A DNA stretch of 64,000 nt, taken from positions 1,120,001 to 1,184,000 of the forward strand of contig CAWCKY010000001.1 in the NCBI GenBank assembly GCA_963796275.1, written 5' to 3'. The translations under genes and the position numbers were made by a program. Shown here one piece after another: positions 41,763-52,499 of this stretch (within the stretch, counting starts at the first letter, position 1; every line of letters starts with the position of its first letter). The notes beneath the pieces are model-generated. The model did no database searches. It was not told the origin of the DNA and worked only from the letters and a program-made list of their open reading frames with translations. The DNA comes from an uncultured Acidobacteriota bacterium. GTDB lineage: Bacteria; Acidobacteriota; Blastocatellia; RBC074.

Positions 41763-43415
41763 TTACTGACGGATCGATGTTTTGGCTCGACGCCAGGATC
41801 TGAGTGCGAGGTCCTCGGCCTTCGGCATTTCGGAGACCGCGCGCTGCAACTGCGGATCGAGCGGTGCCATACCCTGTTCTGCTCTGTCGGCTCCGTAGGC
41901 GGCCAATAATACCTCCCGGCGGATCTGGTTACTCGCCCAGGTCAGGTTGAGCTTATCGTCGACCATGGCCGTTGTCACTCCATATTCGGGGTGCTCTTTA
42001 TAAAACACGTCGGCGAAATCGCGATAAAGCTTAACCACATCATCGTTGACGATGTACTCATTCCCCTGTAGATCGTAGTCGTATGTGATGCCGTTCAGCT
42101 TGAACTGCGTGTGGCCCGCTACTTGACCCGAGACGAGATCGCGTACGAAGAGGCATAGAGCGTGATATAAGCGATCCTGAGCGGGTGTGAACCCGGGCGC
42201 ATTATCAACCTTGACGTCGGGCTCGATGCCCCCGCCCCCGTAAACGATGCGGCCGAGGTCGGTCTTCCTCTCGTCGGTGCGCCGCTTCGCCGCCTCTGCG
42301 CCGTTGGCGCTGCGACGGAAGTAATACTCGAAGAGCGAGCCGTTCGAGTAATCGCGCTGTATGAGACGCCCGCTCGGAGTGTAGTAATGAGCTATCGTGA
42401 GAATGAGCGCGCCGCTGTTCGGCATCGGGAATATCCCTTGAACGAGCCCTTTGCCGAAACTCGATTCGCCTACGATTAACCCGCGGTCGTGATCTTGGAT
42501 GGCTCCGGCGACGATCTCCGAAGCGGACGCCGAGAACCGGTCGATCATAACGACGAGTGGGAAGTTTTCATCGGTCCCGTTCTCCGCTACGGCGTTTTGA
42601 TTGCTGTTGCGCCCGCCGCGCCCACGGAGCGAGACGATGGACTGGCCCCGCTTCAGGAACTGATCGCAGACGCGGATCGCCTGATCGTAATAGCCGCCGT
42701 TATTATTGCGCAGGTCGAGGATGAAGCGATCCGCGCCCTTCTCACGCAAAAACTCCATCGCTTTCTCCAGCTCTTCGCTCGTCGTCGACTGGAAGCTGCG
42801 CGTCAAACCGATGTAGCCGATGTTCGGTTTGATCAGGTAGTAGTTGGGAATCGATGGGCGATAGATGCCGTCACGGGTGATTTTCGCCGTCAGGGGCTCT
42901 GCAACTCCAAGACGCTTGACCGTCACCGTAACCTGCGTGCCGCGCGGTCCGAGCAATAACTCGCTCACACGTGGCGAATTCCAGATCGTCGTATCCTTGC
43001 CGTTAACGGCGACGATCTGGTCGCCGTAGCGGAATCCCGCCCTCGATGCGGGGCTTCCTTTGAACGGCTCGACGATATATGTCCCTTGATTTATTGTCCG
43101 TACGTAAGAGCCGATACCGTAATACTCGCTGTTCTGCTTCTCTAAAAATTCGCGGAAAGTTTTACGATCCATGTAGTCCGAATGCGGATCGAGAGATTTA
43201 AGCATTCCCTGTATCGCCGATTTTGTCAGCGTGTCCTGATCGAGCTCGGCCGTATATTTTTCACGGATGATCTCGAGCGCTTTCTGATACTGATCGATCA
43301 GCTTTTGCCGGGACGCCCCGTCCTGTGCGTTGACAATCGCCGGCAACGTGATAACCGCGCAAATCAGCACGGCAATAAAGATCGCGATCGTAGGCTTCTG
43401 TCCGCTTTTATTCAT
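41763..43415 (-). CDS. S41 C-terminal processing protease (CtpA-like)
   Basis: LDPHS, PDZ, LDLRNN, SASASEI, SFGKG. Confidence 0.93.
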   Translation of the reverse strand: MNKSGQKPTIAIFIAVLICAVITLPAIVNAQDGASRQKLIDQYQKALEIIREKYTAELDQDTLTKSAIQGMLKSLDPHSDYMDRKTFREFLEKQNSEYYGIGSYVRTINQGTYIVEPFKGSPASRAGFRYGDQIVAVNGKDTTIWNSPRVSELLLGPRGTQVTVTVKRLGVAEPLTAKITRDGIYRPSIPNYYLIKPNIGYIGLTRSFQSTTSEELEKAMEFLREKGADRFILDLRNNNGGYYDQAIRVCDQFLKRGQSIVSLRGRGGRNSNQNAVAENGTDENFPLVVMIDRFSASASEIVAGAIQDHDRGLIVGESSFGKGLVQGIFPMPNSGALILTIAHYYTPSGRLIQRDYSNGSLFEYYFRRSANGAEAAKRRTDERKTDLGRIVYGGGGIEPDVKVDNAPGFTPAQDRLYHALCLFVRDLVSGQVAGHTQFKLNGITYDYDLQGNEYIVNDDVVKLYRDFADVFYKEHPEYGVTTAMVDDKLNLTWASNQIRREVLLAAYGADRAEQGMAPLDPQLQRAVSEMPKAEDLALRSWRRAKTSIRQ

Positions 43416-43711
43416 TTGGTAGCTCCTCGTTATAAACATTTATCGGGTTGTTCCGGCGTTCGGGATACTAACATTGAATCAGGGGTTGCCGTGGCGAGGA
43501 GGAAACGAGAAGACGCAATAGAGGGCAAAAAGCGCAAAAATACCTGGCCTTTTATCCTTGTCACCAAATTTCGTCGTTTTCGTTCCCGTGTGCATATCTG
43601 TGAAAGATGATAACTAAAAATATAGAGTTCAAACATTATCAGCTTGTCACAGCTTTTCATCAAGTGGCAGGGGCAATTAAGCGGGATGAAGCGGCCAAAT
43701 ATGAGCTTCAA

Positions 43712-45133
43712 CTATGGTTTGGAGTCCGGCGAATTGCGGCTGCGCCCCTTTTTCGCAGGTTCGATCGTGATATTCGTGAATGAAATGGTACCGGCGTTCT
43801 GCAACACCTCGCTCGACTCCACTCCGCGGAACACACAATCGCTGAAACGTATATCGTCGATGACAGCGCCGGGAAAACCGGCGATCCACAGGACGCGAGG
43901 ACTCGATGCGCTTTTGACCTGTTCGATCGAGACGTTGCGGACGACCGGACGATGAGGCCCGTTGGCTCCGGTCTCGTAGAGAAAATCGATCGTCAGGATC
44001 GCTTCCGCAACCCGGCCGATCTCCACATTGCGCATGAAGATATTTTCAATCACTCCGCCGCGCAGGGCGTTCGACTTGAAACGAAGCGCGCGGTCCAGGT
44101 TCGGGCTGTCCATTTTGCAGTTATCGACGAATACGTTGCGCACTCCGCCCGAGATCTCGCTGCCCATAACGACGCCGCCGTGGCCATCTTTCATCGTGCA
44201 ATTGCGGACGACGATGTTTTCAGAAGGCGTGGCGAGACGCCGCCCGTCATTATTTCTGCCCGACTTGATGGCGATGCAATCATCGCCCGTATCGAAGAGG
44301 CAATCTTCAATCAGAACGTCACGGCTCGATTCCGGATTGCAGCCGTCGTTGTTCGGCCCGTGGCTGATGACAGTGATGCCGCGCACGGTCACGTTCGAGC
44401 AGAGCACCGGATGAATCTCCCACATAGGTGAGTTATTGATTGTCACGCCCTCGATCAAAATATTGCGGCTGCGATATGGTTGAATGAAGTTGGGGCGTAA
44501 TTGATATTCGGCGCCGAAGACTCGTTGCTCGACCGGAACCCCGCGGTCATTGAAATCGAGCAGACGGCGGATACTGGCCGCTCCTTTCTCGCTCCGCTTC
44601 CAAGCCCACCAATTTTCTAGCGAGGCCGAGCCATCGAGCACACCTTTCCCCGTGATAGCGAGATTCTCCTGCTCGAAGGCATAGATGAGCGGCGAATAGT
44701 TCATACACTCCGTCCCTTCGAAGCGTGTGAAGACGGCCGGCAGGTATTTCGCGGGATCAGGAATGAACTTGAGCGTCGCGCCTTCAGAAATATGCAGGTT
44801 GACGTTGCTCTTGAGGTGAACAGCTCCCGTCAGGAATACTCCGGCGGGGACTACGACGCGCCCACCGCCCGCAGCGTTACAGGCTGCAATAGCTTGTCGA
44901 ATGGCGTCGGTGCAATCTGCCTGGGCGCCGGAAACCGCACCGTAGTCTTTTATATTGAAATCGCGATTGGGAAAGGTAGGCGGTTTGATACGGCTCAAAA
45001 TTCCCGGGAGCTGCGCCCACCCGGGATTCGACTGATCCTTTTGAAACGCGTGGCTTCGGAAGCCGACATATCCGCTTAGAATTAGTGAGGCAATAAACAA
45101 CGCGATGCTTGATTGGTGTAATAGTTTGATCAT
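43712..45133 (-). CDS. GH28 polygalacturonase
   Basis: NNDG, GDDCIAIKSG, GHGG, RFKS. Confidence 0.93.
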   Translation of the reverse strand: MIKLLHQSSIALFIASLILSGYVGFRSHAFQKDQSNPGWAQLPGILSRIKPPTFPNRDFNIKDYGAVSGAQADCTDAIRQAIAACNAAGGGRVVVPAGVFLTGAVHLKSNVNLHISEGATLKFIPDPAKYLPAVFTRFEGTECMNYSPLIYAFEQENLAITGKGVLDGSASLENWWAWKRSEKGAASIRRLLDFNDRGVPVEQRVFGAEYQLRPNFIQPYRSRNILIEGVTINNSPMWEIHPVLCSNVTVRGITVISHGPNNDGCNPESSRDVLIEDCLFDTGDDCIAIKSGRNNDGRRLATPSENIVVRNCTMKDGHGGVVMGSEISGGVRNVFVDNCKMDSPNLDRALRFKSNALRGGVIENIFMRNVEIGRVAEAILTIDFLYETGANGPHRPVVRNVSIEQVKSASSPRVLWIAGFPGAVIDDIRFSDCVFRGVESSEVLQNAGTISFTNITIEPAKKGRSRNSPDSKP

Positions 45134-45242
45134 TTCCTTCTCGTAATTGGCGCCGCGGGCGGATGCCCTGCGAGAGTCTCAATCAGCAGACGTTTATGCC
45201 GTCTGTTTATGAATCCTCGCTCGCTATCCTCGCGGTACTGAT

Positions 45243-48200
45243 TTAGAACGTCAACCGAATGCCGTACTGGAGCTCGCGGCCCGTATATTCCGTGCGCTTC
45301 CTGGTGACTTTGCCGAAAGTCGCCGGTGCCGTGAAATCGACGCCCGGATTATCCCAGTTGATATGGTTGAACGCGTTGTAAGCTTCAAAGCGCGCCTCCA
45401 GCTTGAAGCGCTCGGTGATCTTGAACGACTTGCTCATAGTCATGTCGGTCTGCCAAATTCCCGGCCCGACGACGCCGGGGAACGTCCATGGATTGGTCCG
45501 CGGAGTCTCCGGACTCGACGTCGGTGGGGTTGGCACCTGGTGGAACATCGAGATATCGAACCATTGACCATCTGTCCCTTTGGTCGGGTTGTCGAGCCTC
45601 GGGTTACCATCAACAATCAGGCTCTGATTGAACTGAAGCGTCCTGCCCGAATAGTAGCGGGTAGCCGTGGTGAACTGCCAGCCGCCCACCGCCATATCTA
45701 CTACCTTGGGTACGTTCTTGAGCAGTAAGCCGCTCTTGCCCACCGGAATCTCCCACGTCAAAGCGTTGGTAATACGATGCCGCGGGCTAGCCGAATTGCG
45801 CCAATCAAACTGGCGCAAGAAAGTGGCTCGGTCATCGAAAAACTCCGTCGTTTGTTCCCGGTTATAGGCGTAGGCCACGAAGAAACTTAATCCTTTATAA
45901 AATGGTCGTTGCGCCTCGATATCAAAGGTGTGAAGGCGCAACTTTCTGCCAGCCGTATTCGTCTGGTTGATTGCCCCGTATTGGGGATACGGCCTCAACA
46001 GTGTCCCGAAGGCGACTGTATTCTGATTTCGAAGTGCGCCGGGGAACTTATCCTGCGTCAGATAGTTGTGGAATGGGTTCATCACATTGTCGTTCAAAGT
46101 GGCGCGGGGTTGCTCATACCTGAAGGCAGGATCTGCCATATTCAGGTCGATCGTATAGGGGAGGTTGGTGCCGTAGTTAAAGAAATATGTGAAGTCGAGC
46201 ACGATTCGATTCCACACCTCTCTTTGATAGGAGAGGTTGAACCTGTCGTTGATTGGCGGCCTCTGTCGGAACTCGTCAAAACTGACCGGATTACCCAGGT
46301 TGGTGTAGCGCCCCAGCGTTTGATTGGTGGGCTGCTGCACCGGATTGCTGGAGGGATAGGGGTTGGACAGAAACACCTGGGGTTTGCCGGTTTGCAGGGG
46401 AGGGGCAAAGGTCGTCGTCGCGTACCCAGTATAGGCATCGACAAAATCGCCGAGCGGGTCGCGGATTCTGCTCGACGGTTGCATATAGCGAGCGTAACCG
46501 AACCTGATCGCCGACTTGTCGTTGAGACGATAAGCTCCGCCCAGCCTCGGCAGCAGGTTCAGCACCTTCCTGTCCCAGGCGTGGCGATTATTCTCGTCCA
46601 CGAATATCCACGCGCCATTGTAAATAGATTGGTAACCCCTGGCCGCCAGCAGCGTCTGCGCCCGGGTCAAATCAGCACTCGCGGGCGGAGTAGATTGAAA
46701 TTCCGGGATCGGGCTGTTCAGGTCGATCCTCTGTGAGAGGCGGTTTTGCGCGTCGATGGGGCCGGGCTCGTACTCCCAACGAAGGCCGAGGTTGAGTGTG
46801 AGCCGGTTGTTGACCTTGAAATCGTCCATGAAATATGTGGCATACCCGAAAGTGATCACCTCCTGCACGGGGACGCGCCTCGCGAAGTTATTGCTGGTTG
46901 TGCTGACTGCGTTTGGCTCGAGTGCGCCGAGGAGAAACGACGCCCACTCGCTTCCGGTCTCGTTCAGATTTGGGTTGGCCGCCTGGTCGGCGGTGAGATT
47001 GGCCCTGAAAAGGAAATTGATCGGTTCGAAACGCGCGCCCCGACCCCTGTCGACGCGCATTTCGCCTCCGAACTTGATCGAGTGATCGCCGACGTACTTG
47101 TTCAAGCGCGCCGACCATCCCCATCCCTGGGGATGTTGCCAGAATTCTCTTCCGGTTCGCCCAAGGCGATTGTTACTGCCGACGTCTATAGCCGGGTAGT
47201 AGATCTGGTCGATCGTGTAGAGCGACGAGTACCAGGGGTTGCCGGGCCACAGCTGTTCCAATCCCTCCTGACCGATCAAGACGGGGGGGACCGATGCCTC
47301 GTCTGTCAGCTGGTGGAAGTTGCCGCGCACGTTCAGGACCGTCGTCGGCGAGATCGTATAGACCGTGTCTGCCGCGATGTTGAAGCCGTAGCGATTGCTT
47401 CCGGTGATCGGGAAGAGTTTCTTGTCGGTGGGATTTGCCTCGAGCAGGGTCGCCTTGTATTGCCCGTACCGTACAAAGGTCTTCCAATTCTCCGAGATGC
47501 TCCAGTCCATGCGCGTCGAGATGTTCCAGTAATCTACGTTCTCTGTCTTCAAACCCTGCCAGTTCTGGTTGTTGCCGGATAGGTTGGGCAGGGGAATCTC
47601 TTTCAATAATTTCAGGGCTGTGGGGTCCATCCTGTCGAGCGGGATAACATTAGGCACTTGAAGAAATGCACTGCGCGCGCCGTTGGTGCCGGTGGAGGTA
47701 TCCGGATCGTATATCGTGATGGGCCGGCCGTTGCGTAAGGTTTGTGTGAAATCTCCCTGCCGCTCCCGCTCCGTCGGCAATGTCAGTACTACGGTGATGG
47801 GACGGGCATCGCTCCATTTCTCGAATGAGGTGAAAAAAAAGAGCTTGTTCTTGACGATGGGGCCGCCCATCGATGCGCCATAGATCTTCAAGTTTGTACC
47901 CCGAAACGGGGTCTCATCAGCTCCGATTTTCCGCGCGATCGTCGGATCGGCGAAGGCATTGAATTTGGGACTGCGTCCGTGGGCATAAGCTGAGCCGTGG
48001 AACTCGTTCGATCCCGATCTCGTGTTCACGATGACAATTCCGCCCGAGCTATATCCATATTCCGAGTCGACGGCGTTCTTTTGAAAGGTGACTTCCTTGA
48101 CGGCATCGATCGAGGGCGTGTAGGAACTTTTATAGCTCGAGGTTAACGGGACGCCGTCGAGCTGAATATCGTTGGCCCGCGTCGTTCCTCCGCCCGCGTC

Positions 48201-48761
48201 GAATTCGTTACCGAAAGAGTGATGATATGGCCGGTTCTCCGCGTTTTCTCCGCCATTGATCGTCGGATCCAGGGTGGAGAGGTTATATGGGTTTCGTCCG
48301 CGGATGGGCAGTTGGTCAACGAGTTTGGTCTCGATCGTCATAGCCGTGTTGCTCGAGTTGAACTGCACGGCGGCCGGCGAGTCTTGAACAGTGATCACTT
48401 CGGTGAGACCGCCAACCTCGAGATGAGCATCTACGGTCACATCTGCCCGATTCTGCACGGTGATGTTGCGTTGCTCGAACCTCTTGAAACCCTGCGCCTC
48501 GACGATGATCGTATAGACGCCCGATTCGACGAAGTCGAAGATATAGCGCCCTTCGGCATTCGTCTGGCGTGACACTTCCACGCCCGTGCCGTCGTTCCTG
48601 AGGACGACTCTGGCGTTCGCGAGAGCGCCGGCGCCTTTGTCTATGACTACGCCTTGTACTTTACCGCGGTAATCCTGGGCAGAAACGAATATTGACAACG
48701 TGAGAAGTGCCGAAATTGAGCTGAGAATGCAGTGTTTCCAATGAGATTGCTGAGATGCCAT
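45243..48761 (-). CDS. TonB-dependent receptor (Oar-like)
   Basis: Signal peptide, LPIRGRN, GLRWE, PRLG, C-terminal YGIRLTF. Confidence 0.92.
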   Translation of the reverse strand: MASQQSHWKHCILSSISALLTLSIFVSAQDYRGKVQGVVIDKGAGALANARVVLRNDGTGVEVSRQTNAEGRYIFDFVESGVYTIIVEAQGFKRFEQRNITVQNRADVTVDAHLEVGGLTEVITVQDSPAAVQFNSSNTAMTIETKLVDQLPIRGRNPYNLSTLDPTINGGENAENRPYHHSFGNEFDAGGGTTRANDIQLDGVPLTSSYKSSYTPSIDAVKEVTFQKNAVDSEYGYSSGGIVIVNTRSGSNEFHGSAYAHGRSPKFNAFADPTIARKIGADETPFRGTNLKIYGASMGGPIVKNKLFFFTSFEKWSDARPITVVLTLPTERERQGDFTQTLRNGRPITIYDPDTSTGTNGARSAFLQVPNVIPLDRMDPTALKLLKEIPLPNLSGNNQNWQGLKTENVDYWNISTRMDWSISENWKTFVRYGQYKATLLEANPTDKKLFPITGSNRYGFNIAADTVYTISPTTVLNVRGNFHQLTDEASVPPVLIGQEGLEQLWPGNPWYSSLYTIDQIYYPAIDVGSNNRLGRTGREFWQHPQGWGWSARLNKYVGDHSIKFGGEMRVDRGRGARFEPINFLFRANLTADQAANPNLNETGSEWASFLLGALEPNAVSTTSNNFARRVPVQEVITFGYATYFMDDFKVNNRLTLNLGLRWEYEPGPIDAQNRLSQRIDLNSPIPEFQSTPPASADLTRAQTLLAARGYQSIYNGAWIFVDENNRHAWDRKVLNLLPRLGGAYRLNDKSAIRFGYARYMQPSSRIRDPLGDFVDAYTGYATTTFAPPLQTGKPQVFLSNPYPSSNPVQQPTNQTLGRYTNLGNPVSFDEFRQRPPINDRFNLSYQREVWNRIVLDFTYFFNYGTNLPYTIDLNMADPAFRYEQPRATLNDNVMNPFHNYLTQDKFPGALRNQNTVAFGTLLRPYPQYGAINQTNTAGRKLRLHTFDIEAQRPFYKGLSFFVAYAYNREQTTEFFDDRATFLRQFDWRNSASPRHRITNALTWEIPVGKSGLLLKNVPKVVDMAVGGWQFTTATRYYSGRTLQFNQSLIVDGNPRLDNPTKGTDGQWFDISMFHQVPTPPTSSPETPRTNPWTFPGVVGPGIWQTDMTMSKSFKITERFKLEARFEAYNAFNHINWDNPGVDFTAPATFGKVTRKRTEYTGRELQYGIRLTF

Positions 48762-48862
48762 GGTGTACCTCCAGTACTGGTGCGGATGAAACTTGAAAGG
48801 ATGCGCCGATACTTTACAGGAGCATGGCGCGCCCTGTAAAATTCATTGTTCCGAATACTTTG

Positions 48863-48877
48863 ATCGATTTTTTCGAT
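48863..48877. promoter_or_regulatory. LysR-type T-N11-A palindromic operator
   Basis: ATCGA-TTTTT-TCGAT between the divergent TBDR and lysR genes. Confidence 0.65.
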
Positions 48878-48894
48878 AGAAGAGAGGCGCTTCA

Positions 48895-49797
48895 CTGGAC
48901 CTCCACAAGCTCAAGATTTTCCACCTGGTGGTGAATGCGGGCGGGTTCACCAACGCCAGCCGCGAACTCTACCTCTCCCAATCGACCGTTAGTCATCACA
49001 TAAAACAGCTCGAAGAAGAGTTGGGATGCCAGCTTTTCCTGCGCGTCGGCAAGCGGGTCATCGCGACCGACGCCGGGGAACTTCTGAGGGAGCATTGTGA
49101 AAAGATTTTTCAGGATGTGAAGAACGCCGAGATGTCCATCAGGGAACTGGCCGGGATGCAGAGAGGGAAGGTGCGCTTCGGGACCGGCTCTACCACGCTG
49201 ATCTATCAGTTGCCGCCCGTGCTCGAGATGTATCAGGCGCGCTATCCCAATATCGAACTGATCGTCGTCTCGGATATCACCGACGTCATTCTGCGCGATG
49301 TTCAGTCTCAGAAGCTGGACCTCGGCCTTGTGATGCTGCCGGTGGAAGAGAAAGGTTTGCAGGTAGAGCCGCTGTGCGATGAAGAACTGAAAGTCGCGAT
49401 CCCCGCCCGCTATCCGCTAGCCCGCAAACGCACGCTAAGTGTCAGGGACGTCACTCAGCTCCGGTTCATCCTCTACGAGAGGAAGACAGTTATGCGCCGG
49501 CTGATCGACAATTTCTTCGCGGAGCTGGGCGTCAACCCGCAGATCGCCATGGTGATGGAAAACATCGAGGCCATTAAAAGTTTGATCGGCGCGGGACTCG
49601 GCGCGTCCGTTCTTCCCATTCATGCAGTCGGCAATGAGGCGGCGGACAGGAAAGTACGTCTCATGCGGGTTCAGCAGCACCCGCTTCATCGGCAGCTCGG
49701 ACTCGTCACGCTTAAATCGGGGTATGTCCCGAATGCCGTTCGCGAATTGAGCAGGATGATTGTTGCTGAGCTGGGCGGCCATAAAAAACAGCAATAA
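48895..49797 (+). CDS. LysR-family regulator, probable CTG start
   Basis: (M)DLHKLKIF..FTNASRELYLSQSTVSHHIKQLEEELG; SD agagagg before CTG. Confidence 0.9.
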   Translation: MDLHKLKIFHLVVNAGGFTNASRELYLSQSTVSHHIKQLEEELGCQLFLRVGKRVIATDAGELLREHCEKIFQDVKNAEMSIRELAGMQRGKVRFGTGSTTLIYQLPPVLEMYQARYPNIELIVVSDITDVILRDVQSQKLDLGLVMLPVEEKGLQVEPLCDEELKVAIPARYPLARKRTLSVRDVTQLRFILYERKTVMRRLIDNFFAELGVNPQIAMVMENIEAIKSLIGAGLGASVLPIHAVGNEAADRKVRLMRVQQHPLHRQLGLVTLKSGYVPNAVRELSRMIVAELGGHKKQQ

Positions 49798-49808
49798 GTG
49801 GGGATAGT

Positions 49809-52229
49809 ATGAGCGCTAATAACTGGCTGCGGCGTTTGCAAAAATGGCGTGGGGAAGAATCTATTGAAGATGACCTGACCCCTTACCTGGTGCTCTTGCA
49901 GGATATAAACCGCGTAGGAGAACACCTCGCAAGTGAAACCGACGGGCGACTTCAGGAGATGGCGGCCTCATTGAGAGAAAGGGCGCGAACTGGAGCCGCT
50001 TCCGATCGACTGCTGGTCGAAGTTTTTGCATTGGTGAGAGAAGCGGCTCAGAGGATTCTATCGATGCGTCCTTTCGATGTGCAGGTGATGGCGGGAGTGG
50101 CGCTGCATCGGGGGAAACTGGTTGAGATGGAGACCGGAGAGGGGAAGACCCTGGCGGCCGTCTTGCCGGCCTGTCTCAACGCTCTGGCGGGCAAGGGAGT
50201 GCACGTTCTGACCTTCAATGATTATCTCGCTCGTCGCGATGCCGCGTGGATGGGGCCTGTTTATAGGTTCCTCGGCTTGAGTGTTGCCGCCGTTCAGGAG
50301 GGGTTGGGAATCGATGAGCGCCGGGAAGCCTACCGGGCTGATATCACCTACGCTACGGCCAAAGAAGCGGGGTTTGATTTCTTGCGTATGCATCTCTGCA
50401 TCGATCCCGGCGAACTCATCCACAGATCTTTCAATTATGCGATTATCGATGAGGCCGATTCGATTCTGATCGATGAGGCGCGCGTGCCACTGGTGATCGC
50501 CGGAGATCGGCCGACCTCGGAGACCAGCCCATATCAGATCGCTGAGGTCATCAGCCGGCTCAATGAAGGACCGGATTGGGAGACCGATGAAAAGAAGCGA
50601 AATGTGTTTCTCACCGAGATCGGTGTCGACCGGATTGAGAAGGGGTTGAAATGCGGCGATCTGCACGCGGTAGAGAACTACTTGCTTCTGACTGAGGTCA
50701 ACCAGGCGCTCCACGCGAAGGCGCTGCTGCGTCGGGATGTCGATTATATCGTGCGCGGTCAGCGGATCGAGTTAGTGGACGAGTTTACCGGCCGGGTGGT
50801 AGACGACAGGCGCTGGCCCGACGGGTTGCAGGCTGCCCTCGAAGCGAGGGAAGGACTTCCGATTCAGCCTGGCGGACGGATTATAGGATCGATCGCCCTC
50901 CAACATTTCCTCAAGCAATACCCTAAACTGAGCGGCATGACCGCGACGGCACAGTCTGCGGCCGAAGAGGTGGAGGATTTTTATGGTCTCAAGGTGGTTC
51001 CGATTCCGCCCAACAGGCTATGCGTTCGGCGAGATATGCCTGATGTGATCTTCACTCATAAGGCGGCGAAGTATAAAGCGCTGATCGATGAGATCGAACG
51101 AGAGCATAGAACTGGGCGGCCCATCCTGGTGGGCACCTGCAGCGTTGAGGAATCGGAGTTGGTGACGGAGAAACTGCGGGAGTCCGGAATAGGCTGTTCT
51201 GTGCTCAATGCGAAGAACGATGAGGCGGAAGCCGAGATCATAGCCCGTGCAGGAGTTTTGGGAGCGGTCACTATCTCGACAAACATGGCCGGCCGGGGCA
51301 CTGATATCAAGTTGGGGGTGACGACGGAGGAAGAGCGGGAGCAGTTAGTGAGATTGGGCGGGCTTTACGTCATCGGTACCAACCGGCACGAAAGCCGGCG
51401 TATTGATGATCAGCTCAGAGGGCGTGCCGGTCGGCAAGGCGACCCGGGGACATCGCGCTTCTTTGTCAGTTTGGAGGACGATCTGATGGTGCGTTTCGGC
51501 ATCGATAGCCTGATCCCGGGCAAGTTCCGCCCGGTGCCGCAGGATGAGCCTGTCGATCACCTGGTGATACGCAGTGAGGTAGCGCGATTACAGCGGATTG
51601 TCGAAGGGCAGAACTATGAAATTCGCAAGACATTGCGGCGTTATACCTCGCTGGTGGAAGAGCAGCGTAAAAGGGTGGAGGACTGGCGGATGGCAGTCCT
51701 CTTGGGAGAGGATGAACTGGATATCTGCGCTGCGCGCGCCCCGGAACGCTATGGCGTAATCTGTGATCGTTTTGGAAAGGAGATAGCCCAACAGGCCGAA
51801 CGCTCAATCACGCTCTTTCATATCGACCAGTGTTGGGCGGAGCATCTTGCATTCATCGCTCAGGTGCGAGAGGGAATTCATCTTGTGCGTTTTGCAGGAC
51901 TAGATCCTCTGCGGGAGTTCCACAAGCAGATCATCGAGGCTTTTTGGAAATTGCAACAGACCATCGAAGACCGCATTGTAGAGACTTTTACTTCGGTAGA
52001 GATCACGGATGCAGGAATCGATCTTGATAAAGCTGGATTGAACAGACCATCATCGACCTGGACCTATTTGATCAATGACCGAGCGATGAGCGATTTACAT
52101 CAGATGCTCTTCGGTCAAGGTTACGCTTTTGCCGCCGGGTCGGTGATGGCGTTGGCGTTCATAATCGCCTGGGGTATTTGGCGGAGATGGACGGCAAAAA
52201 GCAAAGATGGACAAAAAGCACAAAAATAG
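49809..52229 (+). CDS. Accessory SecA (SecA2-like) with C-terminal hydrophobic segment
   Basis: EMETGEGKT, IDEAD, TNMAGRG, QLRGRAGRQGD; no Zn-finger tail. Confidence 0.88.
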   Translation: MSANNWLRRLQKWRGEESIEDDLTPYLVLLQDINRVGEHLASETDGRLQEMAASLRERARTGAASDRLLVEVFALVREAAQRILSMRPFDVQVMAGVALHRGKLVEMETGEGKTLAAVLPACLNALAGKGVHVLTFNDYLARRDAAWMGPVYRFLGLSVAAVQEGLGIDERREAYRADITYATAKEAGFDFLRMHLCIDPGELIHRSFNYAIIDEADSILIDEARVPLVIAGDRPTSETSPYQIAEVISRLNEGPDWETDEKKRNVFLTEIGVDRIEKGLKCGDLHAVENYLLLTEVNQALHAKALLRRDVDYIVRGQRIELVDEFTGRVVDDRRWPDGLQAALEAREGLPIQPGGRIIGSIALQHFLKQYPKLSGMTATAQSAAEEVEDFYGLKVVPIPPNRLCVRRDMPDVIFTHKAAKYKALIDEIEREHRTGRPILVGTCSVEESELVTEKLRESGIGCSVLNAKNDEAEAEIIARAGVLGAVTISTNMAGRGTDIKLGVTTEEEREQLVRLGGLYVIGTNRHESRRIDDQLRGRAGRQGDPGTSRFFVSLEDDLMVRFGIDSLIPGKFRPVPQDEPVDHLVIRSEVARLQRIVEGQNYEIRKTLRRYTSLVEEQRKRVEDWRMAVLLGEDELDICAARAPERYGVICDRFGKEIAQQAERSITLFHIDQCWAEHLAFIAQVREGIHLVRFAGLDPLREFHKQIIEAFWKLQQTIEDRIVETFTSVEITDAGIDLDKAGLNRPSSTWTYLINDRAMSDLHQMLFGQGYAFAAGSVMALAFIIAWGIWRRWTAKSKDGQKAQK

Positions 52230-52234
52230 TTTGT

Positions 52235-52350
52235 GCCTTTATGGCTCGCCGCGCCGGTATCCAACAGGCCAGGAGCGCCACGCCAATCAGCATGACGCGA
52301 TGCCAAGTCGCCGATCTACTCGGATCGGTACGACATTTAAATATAAAAAT
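52235..52350 (-). pseudogene. 3' remnant of an ADOP permease gene
   Basis: LIGVALLACWIPARRAIK matches the C-terminus of the intact paralogue at 14477 ([15 protein letters not shown]). Confidence 0.7.
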
Positions 52351-52499
52351 ATTTTGAGAATTTATGCTAAGAAACACTGGCCTTCTTGCCCCGGGGAATG
52401 GCTGCAACAATGGCGTCTGGAATCATTGAATACGAAACGTGGGTGGCGAATATAATCCCAAAATTGCTCTTCTCAGGAACAGCTGATATATTGGCGGTG

